64,000 bases of DNA from an uncultured delta proteobacterium. GTDB lineage: Bacteria > Myxococcota > Myxococcia > Myxococcales > Myxococcaceae. The stretch lies in NCBI GenBank assembly GCA_963713045.1, contig CAVQKE010000006.1, forward strand, positions 96,001-160,000, read 5' to 3'. Positions within the stretch are counted from its first letter, which is position 1, and each line of letters begins with the position of its first letter. This document shows positions 18,461 through 28,448 of this stretch, piece by piece. The position numbers and the translations under genes are program-made. The notes below the pieces were generated by a model. The model worked only from the letters and a program-made list of their open reading frames with translations. It ran no database searches and was not told where the DNA came from.

Positions 18461-20269
18461 TCAGGCGGCGGCCGACTCCATCAGCGTCGTCAGCCGCCTT
18501 GTGACTTCTGCCATTTGCTGGCGGTTTCCGGAGCGGAAGGCCGAACGCCCCAGGGCCACCAGCCGGCGGACACTCTCCATCAATGCCTCGGCGTCCGCGC
18601 GTTCCGGGGCGGAGGACTCGGAGAGGACCCGGGTCAACTGTTCGCCGCGCGCCAGCAGGTCGGTAAAGGTCCGCATCGCCTGCACCTCGGGCGGGGACTG
18701 CTTCTTGTGGTAGGCCTTCTGTTCGGCCCTCAGCTGTTTGACTTCCGAAGCCGACAGCTCGGTCCGCTGCTCCAGCTTCACCGCCTGAGATAGCCCTGAG
18801 GAAAGGTCCATCGCGCGCACACTCAACGTGCCCTCGCTGGACAACTCAAAGGTGACTTCCAGCGGTGCCTCCGAGCGGGTCTTGGCCCGTAAGTCCGACA
18901 GCAGCACCTCGCCCAGTTTGGCCCGCTCCACGCCCCCCTCGCCGTCGCCCTGGAGAATCTCAATCCGCGCCCGGGCCTGTCCGGCACTGGCCGGAAGGAA
19001 GACTTCCTTGGCCACCACCGGGATGGATGTGTTTTTCGCGACCAAGCAGCGCACGCCGCCACCGTAGACGGCCACACCAACGCTGTGGCTGGCCACGTCA
19101 ATGAGGAGCGCCTCTCCGGTGCGTTCGGCCAGCTCCGCCGCATGGACCGCCGCCCCCAGGGCCACCACCTCGTCGGGGTTGATGCCGACCACTGGCTCGC
19201 GGCCGAAGTATTCAGCCACCAGCCGCCGCACCATCGGCACCCGCGTCATCCCTCCCACCATCAACACCACGTCGAAGTCTCTGGGGTTGGCGTGGGCCTC
19301 CACCATCAGTGCCTGGCAGGTCTGCAGACAGCGATCGCCCAGCGGCTCGCACAGCCGCTCAAACTCCGAGCGCGACAATGAGCACTCGGTATTCACCAGC
19401 CCGCCCCCCGGACGATGGTCGCCCAGGCCGGAGACCGAGACCAGCGCCGCCTCGCTGACGGTGAGCTCGCGTTTGGCCAGCTCGGCCGCCACCTTCAAGC
19501 GCTGCATGGAAAGGGTGTCCCGGGCCGCGGCCTCGCGGTGGCTCTCCGGCACCTGCTCGAGCAGCCACTGCACCACCCGGGCGTCGAAGTCTTCGCCGCC
19601 GAGAAGGGGGTCCCCACCAGTGGCTCTCACCTGAAAGACGCCGTTTTCCACTTCCAAAATGGAAACGTCGAAGGTGCCACCGCCCAAGTCGAAGACCAGC
19701 GCGCGACCTCGAAAGTTGGACGTCAGCCCATAGGCCACCGCGGCCGCCGTCGGCTCGTTCACCAGCCGCAGCACGTTGAGGCCGGCGATGTGCGCCGCCT
19801 CGCGCGTCGCCGCCCGCTGCAAGTCATCGAAGTTGGCGGGCACGGTAATCACGCAGTTGCTCACCGGGCGCTCGAAATGGGCCTCGGCATCCAGCTTGAG
19901 CTCGCCCAAAATCATCGCCGACACCTGCGTCAGCGGAAGCACCCGTCCGGCAATCCGCACCCGCACTTCGCCATTGGGGCCCTCCAACAAAGGGTACGGC
20001 ACCAGCGCCCGGGCCGAGCGCGCCAACTCCGCCGTCCAGCGCCGGCCGATGAAGCGCTTGGTGGCGCTGGCCACGTCTCCCGGGTGCTCCTCGGCCACCG
20101 CGCGAGCCGCTTCCCCCACCACCCGCATGCCGTCTGGCGAGAACCCCACCAGGGACGGCGTCAGCGGACGGCCCCGGCGGTTGGGGATGATGCGTGGGCC
20201 AGAGTCATCCACCGTGGCCACAGCGCTGGTGGAGGTGCCGAGGTCGATGCCTACGACGGGCTGGGACAT
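18461..20269 (-). CDS. Hsp70 family protein (divergent DnaK paralog)
   Basis: [40 protein letters not shown]; short atypical C-terminus. Confidence 0.9.
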   Translation of the reverse strand: MSQPVVGIDLGTSTSAVATVDDSGPRIIPNRRGRPLTPSLVGFSPDGMRVVGEAARAVAEEHPGDVASATKRFIGRRWTAELARSARALVPYPLLEGPNGEVRVRIAGRVLPLTQVSAMILGELKLDAEAHFERPVSNCVITVPANFDDLQRAATREAAHIAGLNVLRLVNEPTAAAVAYGLTSNFRGRALVFDLGGGTFDVSILEVENGVFQVRATGGDPLLGGEDFDARVVQWLLEQVPESHREAAARDTLSMQRLKVAAELAKRELTVSEAALVSVSGLGDHRPGGGLVNTECSLSRSEFERLCEPLGDRCLQTCQALMVEAHANPRDFDVVLMVGGMTRVPMVRRLVAEYFGREPVVGINPDEVVALGAAVHAAELAERTGEALLIDVASHSVGVAVYGGGVRCLVAKNTSIPVVAKEVFLPASAGQARARIEILQGDGEGGVERAKLGEVLLSDLRAKTRSEAPLEVTFELSSEGTLSVRAMDLSSGLSQAVKLEQRTELSASEVKQLRAEQKAYHKKQSPPEVQAMRTFTDLLARGEQLTRVLSESSAPERADAEALMESVRRLVALGRSAFRSGNRQQMAEVTRRLTTLMESAAA

Positions 20270-20385
20270 GGGGCCGGACCCGAGCTTCCCATCGCGCGTT
20301 TGGGTGGGAGCAAGGCGCAGCCGAGGTGACACTGCCTCTGCTGCGTTGCCGCACGATTGAAGCGTGTGCTAATCGCCCGGGCGCC

Positions 20386-20928
20386 ATGGTGGTCAACGTC
20401 TCCGTCGCCCGTCGCTATGCCCGAGCACTCCTCGAGGCCGGTGCCGCCCAGGACGCCGACCGCGTCGCTGGCCAACTCGAGTCGCTGGCAGCTTTGGTGC
20501 GCAGCCGCGCCGAACTGCAGGCCTTCCTGGCCAACCCGACGTACACCCGCGCACAGCAGCACGCGGTCCTGGACGTTCTCATCCGGGAACTCCCGGTCGA
20601 CGCCGAGCCCCTGCCCCGCTTCCTGCGGCTGCTGGTCGACCGTCGACGCCTCGGCGTCCTGTCCGACATTGCCCGGCTGTTTCGGGACTTGGCCGATGCG
20701 CGGGCCGGCCGCATTCGCGGCCAGGTGGTGAGTGCGACCCCGCTGGCCCCGGAGTTGCTCCGGCAGCTGGAGGCGGCGCTCTCGGCGGTCACCCAGTCGG
20801 CCGTCCTCCTGGAAACCAAGGTCGACCCCCAGGTGCTGGGCGGCGTCTCGGCCCAAGTCGGCTCGGTGCTTTACGACGGGACGCTTCGCGCCGGTTTGGA
20901 CGAGATGCGGCGCGCACTGAAACGCTGA
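20386..20928 (+). CDS. atpH: ATP synthase F1 delta
   Basis: VARRYARAL...VDPQVLGGV...YDGTLR. Confidence 0.93.
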   Translation: MVVNVSVARRYARALLEAGAAQDADRVAGQLESLAALVRSRAELQAFLANPTYTRAQQHAVLDVLIRELPVDAEPLPRFLRLLVDRRRLGVLSDIARLFRDLADARAGRIRGQVVSATPLAPELLRQLEAALSAVTQSAVLLETKVDPQVLGGVSAQVGSVLYDGTLRAGLDEMRRALKR

Positions 20929-21080
20929 ATTGCCTACACAAACGTAGCGCGCCCTTCTCGTAGGCCCCGTCGGCTGCGAACGGCGGATGCTGTCCACCTC
21001 TGGCCAGTTGTGGTTTCATCGCTTGGCCACTTCAGCATTCGACAACCCACTCTCCAGCTTTCCTTAGGAGTCACCATCCC

Positions 21081-23069
21081 ATGCTCGAGGGCGATCCCCA
21101 GGGCCCTTCCGCATCGATGCTTCCCGCGGCTGATCCGCTCATCGGCCGAGTGTTGAACGGCCGCTTTCGCATCATTGAGCCGCTCGGCTCGGGTGGCATG
21201 GGCAAAGTGTACAAGGCGATTCAATCGCCGCTCGACCGAGTGGTCGCGCTCAAAATCCTCAACCCCAACTTTCCAGCGGAGAAGGACCCGGCCTTCAAGC
21301 GCCGCTTCTTTCTCGAAGCGAGCCTGACCGCCAAGCTTCGTCACCCCAACACGGTGACCGTCATCGACTACGGCCAGACCGACGACGGCATCTTTTTCAT
21401 CGCCATGGAGTACCTGGAGGGCCAAACCCTGGCCGAGGTGCTGGCGCAGGAAAAGACCCTTGCCTGGATGCGGGTGCTGGACATCGGGCAGCAGGTCTGC
21501 CGCTCGCTGCGAGAGGCACACAAGCTCGGCGTCATTCACCGCGACCTCAAACCAGCCAACGTGATGCTCCTCAACGAGGCTGATCAGGACATGGTGAAGG
21601 TCCTCGATTTCGGCCTGGTGAAGTCCTTCCTCGGCGAACTCTCCCCGGGCGACCCCGAGGTGACCCAAAACGGCGTCTTCCTCGGGAGTCCCCAGTACAT
21701 GGCGCCGGAGCAGGCGCGCAACGTCGCCGACCCGCGCAGTGACGTCTATTCGTTGGGCATCCTCATGTACCAGATGCTCAGCGGCCGTCCGCCCTTTCTC
21801 GGCAAGGACTACCTGGAAGTCATCTTCCTGCACATGAAGGAGGCGCCCAAGCGCCTGCGGGACGCGCGACCGGGGCTGGACGTGCCGCCCGAAGTCGAGG
21901 CGGTCCTCTTGAAGTGCCTGGAGAAGGACCCCCTGGCCCGCTACCAGTCGATGGACGAGCTGCTGGACGCGATTCGCTACGCGGCCCAAATCAGCGGCGC
22001 CAGCGGCATCTTCCAGGACCGCAGGTCCGGAATTCACCCCACCCCGCCTCCGCTTCCGGCGGTGACAACTGGCGCCCACCCCCTGGCCGTCACGCCACCG
22101 CCCGAGGCCAACACCATGGCCATCGACATCGCCGAGGACGACGCCCCGGCGGCGGTGCGGGCCCGGGCGCTGGGGCGGCTGGCGCTCATCGGCTGCCTCC
22201 TCGCGGCCGTCGCCGGTAGCTTTGCAGTGACCTGGTTCTTCATGTCGCATGGGCCAACCCCCAGCGCCGAGGCGCCACCGCCGGTGGCCGCCGCGGTGGC
22301 CGCCGCCGCCCCGGTGGTCAAACCGGTGGCCCCGCCGGTGGAAGTGCCACAACCCGTCGAGCGGAAGATGGTGCGCTTTCACGTCTTGACCGAGCCGCCG
22401 GGCGCCCACGTCTTCGTCGGCCGTCATGACATCGGCGCCACGCCAGCCGCCTTCGAACTGCCGGCCGGGGCCGACGGCATGGCCAGCGCCGAAATGGTCT
22501 TCGTCCTGGAGGGTTACCCGAATCAAACCATCACCTCGGGCGGCTCCGGCGACGTGCTGGTGAATGCCCGTCTGCAGAAAAAAGTCGTCGCCCGCGTCGC
22601 GACGCCCGTTCCCCTCTCACGCGAGGAGCGCGAGAAGGAACGCGACAGCGGCGGTCCGGTTCCCGTCCCGGCGGCGGCTCCGCCGGCGCTGGCCGCTGTT
22701 GCGCCGACCAAGCCGGCCGCGGCCGCCGTCGCACCAACCGCCGCCGCGGCTCCGCTCCAGCCTCCGGCCTTGGGCGACATCGTTCCGTTTGGCGAGGGGA
22801 TGACGCGCCCCAAACTCATCAGCCCCGGCAAGCCCGTCTCCTACAGCCGCGAAGCCATCGAGGCGCGGGTGGAGGGGACGATGATTGTGAAGTGCACCAT
22901 CACCGTCGAAGGGCTAGTCGAGAAGTGCGCCGTCTTGAAGACGTTGCCCTTCCTCGAACAGGCGGTGCTGGAAAGCCTCTACTCCTCGCACTACTCCCCC
23001 GTCACTTTCCAGGGGAAGCCAGTGGCGGTGGGCTACACCTTCAACGTCCGCCTCGTCCCGCCGAACTAG
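21081..23069 (+). CDS. Hanks-type Ser/Thr kinase with TM, PEGA-like and C-terminal TonB domain
   Basis: LGSGGMGKVY, VALK, HRDLKPANV, DFG, YMAPE; TM; TEPPGAHVFV; YSREAIEARVEGTMIVKCTIT..G TonB-C signature. Confidence 0.88.
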   Translation: MLEGDPQGPSASMLPAADPLIGRVLNGRFRIIEPLGSGGMGKVYKAIQSPLDRVVALKILNPNFPAEKDPAFKRRFFLEASLTAKLRHPNTVTVIDYGQTDDGIFFIAMEYLEGQTLAEVLAQEKTLAWMRVLDIGQQVCRSLREAHKLGVIHRDLKPANVMLLNEADQDMVKVLDFGLVKSFLGELSPGDPEVTQNGVFLGSPQYMAPEQARNVADPRSDVYSLGILMYQMLSGRPPFLGKDYLEVIFLHMKEAPKRLRDARPGLDVPPEVEAVLLKCLEKDPLARYQSMDELLDAIRYAAQISGASGIFQDRRSGIHPTPPPLPAVTTGAHPLAVTPPPEANTMAIDIAEDDAPAAVRARALGRLALIGCLLAAVAGSFAVTWFFMSHGPTPSAEAPPPVAAAVAAAAPVVKPVAPPVEVPQPVERKMVRFHVLTEPPGAHVFVGRHDIGATPAAFELPAGADGMASAEMVFVLEGYPNQTITSGGSGDVLVNARLQKKVVARVATPVPLSREEREKERDSGGPVPVPAAAPPALAAVAPTKPAAAAVAPTAAAAPLQPPALGDIVPFGEGMTRPKLISPGKPVSYSREAIEARVEGTMIVKCTITVEGLVEKCAVLKTLPFLEQAVLESLYSSHYSPVTFQGKPVAVGYTFNVRLVPPN

Positions 23070-23192
23070 CCCTGGCCGAAATGGCCGCGCACCGGCGTCC
23101 GCTGGAGCCGTGCGCCGCACGTCCCTGGAGCGTTGCCCTCTGTGTGCCGCGGATGGTAGGAGGGCACGCCCTTTCGCGACCCCGGGACCGAC

Positions 23193-24746
23193 ATGGAAAT
23201 TCGCGCCGACGAAATCAGCAGAATCCTCAAGGAGCAGATTCAGGATTACGGGAAGAAAGTGACCGTCGCCGAGACGGGCACCATCCTCTCCATCGGCGAC
23301 GGAATCGCGCGCGTCTATGGGCTTTCCGGCGCGGAGGCCGGAGAGCTGGTGGAGTTCTCCAACAACGTCAAGGGCCTGGTGCTCAACCTCGAGGAAGACA
23401 ACGTTGGCATCGCAGTGATGGGTCCCTACCAGGAGCTGCGCGAAGGCGACACCGTGCGGCGGACCAAGACCATCGCCTCGGTACCGGTTGGCAAGGGGCT
23501 CCTCGGCCGGGTGGTGAATGCGCTGGGAGAGCCGGTGGATGGCAAGGGGCCCATCCAATCGACCGAGATTCGGCGCATCGAGATTAAGGCGCCCGGCATC
23601 GTCCAGCGCCGCAGCGTGCACGAACCACTGCAGACCGGGCTCAAAGCCCTGGACGCGCTGGTGCCCATCGGCCGCGGACAGCGGGAGTTGATTATTGGCG
23701 ACCGTCAGACGGGGAAGACGGCGGTCGCCATCGACGCCATCATCAACCAGAAGGGCACCGGCGTTTACTGCATCTACGTCGCAGTCGGGCAGAAGCTGTC
23801 CACGGTGGCGCAGGTGGTGGACAAGCTGACCCAGTACGGAGCCATGGAATACACGACAGTGGTGGTGGCTTCCGCGGCGGACCCGGCGCCGATGCAGTTC
23901 TTCGCGCCCTACACCGGCTGCACCATGGGCGAGTACTTCCGCGACAACAAGATGCACGCGCTCATCGTCTACGACGACCTCTCCAAGCAAGCGGTGGCCT
24001 ACCGGCAGCTCTCGCTGCTGCTGCGCCGGCCACCGGGGCGTGAGGCCTACCCGGGCGACGTCTTCTACATCCACTCGCGCTTGCTGGAGCGAGCCGCCAA
24101 GCTCTCGGATGCCGAGGGGGGCGGCTCCCTCACCGCGCTTCCCATCATCGAGACCCAAGCCGGCGACGTCTCGGCCTACATCCCAACCAACGTCATCTCC
24201 ATCACCGACGGCCAGATTTTTCTGGAGACCGACCTCTTCTATTCAGGCGTTCGACCGGCCATCAACGTCGGCCTCTCGGTCAGTCGGGTGGGCAGCGCGG
24301 CCCAAATCAAAGCGATGAAGCAGGTGGCCGGCTCCTTGAAGCTGGACCTCGCGCAGTACCGGGAGTTGGCAGCCTTCGCCCAGTTCGGCAGCGACCTCGA
24401 CAAGGCCACCCAGGAGACGTTGGCGCGCGGCGCTCGGTTGGTGGAGATTCTGAAGCAGGGCCAATACGCGCCGATGCCGGTCGAGGAGCAAGTCATCCAG
24501 ATTTACGGCGCCAGCAACCGAGACGACCCAGCCAAGCGCGGTTGGGCCCGCGACATCCCGGTGGCGGACATGTCCCGCTGGGCCGCTGAGTTGCTGGAAT
24601 TTATCGACGCCAAGTACCGTGAAATTCCAGCCAGCATCCGCGAGAAAAAGGAAATTACCGCGGAGACGAAGGCCGCCCTCAACAAGGCCCTCGGCGAATT
24701 CAACCAGCTGTTCCAGCCCACCGCCGCCCCGGCGGTGGCGGCCTAG
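23193..24746 (+). CDS. atpA: ATP synthase F1 alpha
   Basis: [31 protein letters not shown]. Confidence 0.99.
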   Translation: MEIRADEISRILKEQIQDYGKKVTVAETGTILSIGDGIARVYGLSGAEAGELVEFSNNVKGLVLNLEEDNVGIAVMGPYQELREGDTVRRTKTIASVPVGKGLLGRVVNALGEPVDGKGPIQSTEIRRIEIKAPGIVQRRSVHEPLQTGLKALDALVPIGRGQRELIIGDRQTGKTAVAIDAIINQKGTGVYCIYVAVGQKLSTVAQVVDKLTQYGAMEYTTVVVASAADPAPMQFFAPYTGCTMGEYFRDNKMHALIVYDDLSKQAVAYRQLSLLLRRPPGREAYPGDVFYIHSRLLERAAKLSDAEGGGSLTALPIIETQAGDVSAYIPTNVISITDGQIFLETDLFYSGVRPAINVGLSVSRVGSAAQIKAMKQVAGSLKLDLAQYRELAAFAQFGSDLDKATQETLARGARLVEILKQGQYAPMPVEEQVIQIYGASNRDDPAKRGWARDIPVADMSRWAAELLEFIDAKYREIPASIREKKEITAETKAALNKALGEFNQLFQPTAAPAVAA

Positions 24747-25405
24747 CGACCAGGCCGCACTGCCGACCCAACCGTCTCCGGGGTCGAGGAGCGGCTGCGC
24801 GTCCGCAGGGTGCCCACCAGGGCATCAATCCAGCGGTGGCTGATGCCGAAATTCCTGTCCGGGCAGGCGAAGTGGTGCGCCATGTGGTGAGAACGGATGG
24901 CCTTGCCCCAGGCCGTCTTCGGCTCGCGGGCGTGGGTGGAGTAGTGCACGAAGTCGTACCAGAGGTAGCCGCTGACGAAGCCGGCGAAGAGCGGGATGGT
25001 CACCAACGGCGCCCCCACCAGGTACAGCCCGCCGCCGATGACCAGCGCCAGCGGGACACTCGCCCCCAAGGGCATCACCAGGCGCAAGGGGTCGTCGGGG
25101 TAGTGGTGGTGGTAGCCGTGGATGACGTCGTGGATTTTGCGGGTGAAGGGGCCGCTCCCCTCCCAGTGGAAGAAGCCGCGGTGGATGGCGTATTCGGCAA
25201 TGTCCCAGACAATCCAACCGGCGAGGTAAAGGCCCGCCGCGGCCCCAGGAGTGGTCAGCCCGCGCGCCAGGCCCCAGGCCAACAGCCCCACCACCACCGG
25301 CCCGTACACCAAGAAAGGCACCACCGGGTGCACCTTCGAGGTGACTTCCAGAAAGTCATTTTGAAAGAGCCGCGCGTGCGCGTGGCGCGTGTAATCGACG
25401 TCCAT
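24743..25405 (-). CDS. Fatty acid hydroxylase / sterol desaturase family (FA2H/Scs7-like)
   Basis: His motifs HRGFFH, HGYHH, HYSTH, HMAHH; RLVMP; NFGIS. Confidence 0.85.
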   Translation of the reverse strand: MDVDYTRHAHARLFQNDFLEVTSKVHPVVPFLVYGPVVVGLLAWGLARGLTTPGAAAGLYLAGWIVWDIAEYAIHRGFFHWEGSGPFTRKIHDVIHGYHHHYPDDPLRLVMPLGASVPLALVIGGGLYLVGAPLVTIPLFAGFVSGYLWYDFVHYSTHAREPKTAWGKAIRSHHMAHHFACPDRNFGISHRWIDALVGTLRTRSRSSTPETVGSAVRPGR

Positions 25406-25614
25406 CCAATCCTCTCCTGCCGGTGTTTCGGCGTGCGGGTTTTGCTGCCGCTACCGCCCGAAGTCAACCCGACGTTGCCCAGGCTGCGTCAGAAGCGGAG
25501 ATTCACCAGCAACGGCAGAGGCTTCTCGCGGCCCGCGCGGGGCATCGAAGGCGCGCAGCCTTTGCGTTTGACGACCACCCTCGACGGAAGGTACGTCATC
25601 CCTCCCCACCGCAC

Positions 25615-26238
25615 ATGGAAAACGCCGCTCCCCGCCCGCTGCACGCCTTTCGGAACCCTGCGCTGTGGATGTTGGTCCTCGGGGCTCTCATCGCCGCCGT
25701 GCCCCTCGGCCGCCGGGCCTTCGCCCCGCCGGCCCGCCCCCTTCCCGTCCTCGGAAATGTGCCGGCCTTCCGCTTCACGGACCAAACCGGCGCCGCCTTC
25801 AGTCCGGACATGCTGGCCGGCAAGCCTTGGGTGGCGGACTTCATCTTCACCCGGTGTCCCACCATTTGCCCGCTGATGACGGAGCGACTCGCGGCACTCC
25901 AGGGCAAACTCGGCGAGCGGGTCCACTTGGTTTCCGTCAGCGTTGACCCGGACTTCGACAGGCCGGAACAACTTCGAGCCTTCGCCGCCCAACACGGCGC
26001 GCTGTCGCCCCGCTGGCATTTCCTCACCGGCGACTCGGCGGCCGTCCAAAAGGCCGTCACCGAGGGTTTCAAAATCGCGCTGGTCCGCGAAGGGGCGGCG
26101 GACGACGTCGGTGGGCTCATCCATGGCGTCCACGTGGTGTTGGTGGACGGGCAAGGCCGCATTCGCGGCTACTACGACTCGACCGACCCCGAGGCCTTGG
26201 AGCGGCTGGTGCGGGACGCGCAGCAACTCACTCCCTAA
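25615..26238 (+). CDS. SCO1/SenC family copper chaperone
   Basis: FTRCPTICP (CxxxC), SVDPDFD, His before VVLVD..G.IRGYY. Confidence 0.9.
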   Translation: MENAAPRPLHAFRNPALWMLVLGALIAAVPLGRRAFAPPARPLPVLGNVPAFRFTDQTGAAFSPDMLAGKPWVADFIFTRCPTICPLMTERLAALQGKLGERVHLVSVSVDPDFDRPEQLRAFAAQHGALSPRWHFLTGDSAAVQKAVTEGFKIALVREGAADDVGGLIHGVHVVLVDGQGRIRGYYDSTDPEALERLVRDAQQLTP

Positions 26239-26259
26239 CGCCTCTGCCCCAGGGGGGAC

Positions 26260-26823
26260 CTAGCGGCGGGAGCGCTTGGCAGTTGCCGGCCGCGGCTTGT
26301 GGCGCTTGCCCGCCTTTTTCTTGGCCCGGGCGGGCCGCTTCGGGGCGGCCGGCCGGGCCCCTCGGGGCCGCGCAACAGCGGGTGGGGCCGTCGCGGCCAG
26401 CGCCGCCGCGGCCCGCCGGGCGCGCAGGGTGTCGCGGAGGCCGGGCTCGTCCAAGTGGACTTGGGCAAGTCGCAGGGCGTAGTGGAGGTCCGGCCGGAGG
26501 CCTTCCACGGCAAAGGCCGAGGCGCCGCCGCGCTGCAGCCCCACCACCAGCTTCGGACGCTCCTCCTGCGTTTGAAGACAGCGCACCAGCAGCTGTTGAG
26601 CGACCTCGCCCAGCGCAAGGACGTCTTCCATCAGGACAACGCCCTCCTTCTGCGCCAGTGCGCTGGGGAGGGCGCTGGGGCTTGCCACCAGCGTGAGGGG
26701 ACACTGAAGCCGGCCGGCCGCTTCCTCGGCCCACGCCTTTCGCTCCACGGCCGTGCCACCCATCAGCAAGACCGACACGCGGTTTTGGACCAGCTCAGCT
26801 TCGGTGTATTTGGGTCGCTCCAC
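26260..26823 (-). CDS. Degenerate sigma54-activator-like AAA fragment with basic tail
   Basis: VLLMGGTAVERKAWA / GVVLMEDV / QQLLVRCLQ / LRPDLHYAL parallel EBP motifs; GTG at 26823. Confidence 0.6.
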   Translation of the reverse strand: MERPKYTEAELVQNRVSVLLMGGTAVERKAWAEEAAGRLQCPLTLVASPSALPSALAQKEGVVLMEDVLALGEVAQQLLVRCLQTQEERPKLVVGLQRGGASAFAVEGLRPDLHYALRLAQVHLDEPGLRDTLRARRAAAALAATAPPAVARPRGARPAAPKRPARAKKKAGKRHKPRPATAKRSRR

Positions 26824-26921
26824 GGGCGCGCCCCCCAAAGGCTCTGTGGCGTTGGGGTGACAGCGTAGTCGGCGTCTCCGACGAGCCGGGCGCCCCTTTG
26901 GCAGCGGGACACGCCCAGCGG

Positions 26922-27770
26922 TTAGCCGGGCGCCTGCAACTCGGTGCGGACGTCCCACAACTCGGGAAAAAACGTGACGTCCAGGGCGCGTTTGAGAAAG
27001 GGCACGCCCGAGCTGCCCCCCGTTCCCGGCCGGCTTCCAATAATGCGCTTCACGGTGAGCATGTGGCGGAAGCGCCAAAGCTGAAACCGCTGCTCCACGT
27101 CCACCAGCTTCTCGGCCATTTCGTAGCCGTCCCAGTAGCGCTCCGGCGCCTCGTAGATGGTGCGGAACACGGCCGTCACTCCGGGGTCGGCCTCGTAGGG
27201 CAAAGAGAAGTCCCGCTCCACGCGTCCGGCCGGAATGGGCAGACCGCGACGGGCGAGGTGCCTCAAAAATTCGTCGTAGAGGCTGGGCGCGGTGAGCAGC
27301 TCGAGGAGCCAGGCGTGGATGTCCGGCGTGTGGCGATGGGCGAGGAGCGCCGTCCGGTCCTTGTTGCCGAGCAAAAATTCCACGGCCCGGTATTGGTGGG
27401 ACTGAAAGCCGCTGGCCGGACCGAGCACCTTGCGAAAGGAGAGGTATTCGGAGGGCGTCAGTGTCTCCAGGACGCCCCACTGCTCGAAAAGCATCCTCTG
27501 GACTTGCCCCACCCGAGCCAGAATTTTGAAGGACGGCTCGAGGTGGTCAGCTTGGACTTCGCGACGGGCGGCGAGCAACTCATGAATCAGAAGCTTCAGC
27601 CACAGCTCGCTCGTCTGGTGCTGGATGATGAACAGCAGCTCGTCGTGGTGCTCAGGTTGCGAGCGCGGACGCTGGGCCGAGAGGAGGAGGTCGAGGCGCA
27701 GGTAGTCCGCGTAGGTGGTGGACCCGGCGAGGTCCAGGTGAATTCCTGGCTCCAGTTCCCGGCCGGGCAT
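26922..27770 (-). CDS. kynA: Tryptophan 2,3-dioxygenase
   Basis: [40 protein letters not shown]. Confidence 0.95.
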   Translation of the reverse strand: MPGRELEPGIHLDLAGSTTYADYLRLDLLLSAQRPRSQPEHHDELLFIIQHQTSELWLKLLIHELLAARREVQADHLEPSFKILARVGQVQRMLFEQWGVLETLTPSEYLSFRKVLGPASGFQSHQYRAVEFLLGNKDRTALLAHRHTPDIHAWLLELLTAPSLYDEFLRHLARRGLPIPAGRVERDFSLPYEADPGVTAVFRTIYEAPERYWDGYEMAEKLVDVEQRFQLWRFRHMLTVKRIIGSRPGTGGSSGVPFLKRALDVTFFPELWDVRTELQAPG

Positions 27771-27788
27771 GAACAGGGCGACCTGGGC

Positions 27789-28238
27789 TCAGCTCCCGCT
27801 TGAATCCTTCTTCTTGTGAGCGGCGCGGCCGCGGGGAAGGACCAAGTCCGTGACCGACTGGGGAGGCGCGTAGTCCTTCCAATCGGCCGGGCGGCGGTTG
27901 CTTCGGGTGAGCATTCGCAGCTTCTGGTAATGCGCTGAGCAATACCCCTTGGTGCGACTCGGCCGCTTGCAGCCGATGATGGCGCACGCACCCCCAGCAG
28001 GCAGCCGTGTCCGGCGGCCGCGACGGCCAACGGCCTTGCGGCCCACGCCAGGAGGGCGACCCGGGCCCCGGCGCCGGCTGGTGGGCGAAAAGCCGCCCAG
28101 CAGTCCAGCAATTGGACCGAGACGCTCGGCCATCGCGCGCAGGGCGCTCAAATCTCTGGCGATGGTGGTCTGGAACGACTTCAGCTGCTGTTCCACCTCC
28201 GCGCTAATCATTTCGCGAAATGCCTTGTCGACTGACAT
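27789..28238 (-). CDS. vegA: VegA-like vegetative protein
   Basis: MSVDKAFREMI...RRGPGRPP...CAIIGCKRPSRTKGYCSAHYQKLRML matches recalled M. xanthus VegA. Confidence 0.8.
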   Translation of the reverse strand: MSVDKAFREMISAEVEQQLKSFQTTIARDLSALRAMAERLGPIAGLLGGFSPTSRRRGPGRPPGVGRKAVGRRGRRTRLPAGGACAIIGCKRPSRTKGYCSAHYQKLRMLTRSNRRPADWKDYAPPQSVTDLVLPRGRAAHKKKDSSGS

Positions 28239-28448
28239 CTCTGGCTTCTCTCCTCTCTGAGGCTCTGGCCCCAGAGCCGGCCACACTGCCACAGCGCCCC
28301 GGGCGTTTAAAGACATATGTATGTGGATTGTCTCTGCTGCAGAGCCTTGGGGCTGTAAGCCTTAGTTCAAAAGCCCAACATCGGACACGTTTGTCACGCC
28401 GATGGGGTTGCACACCGGCGAGGGCTGACGCAACTTCTCCCCCCTGAC

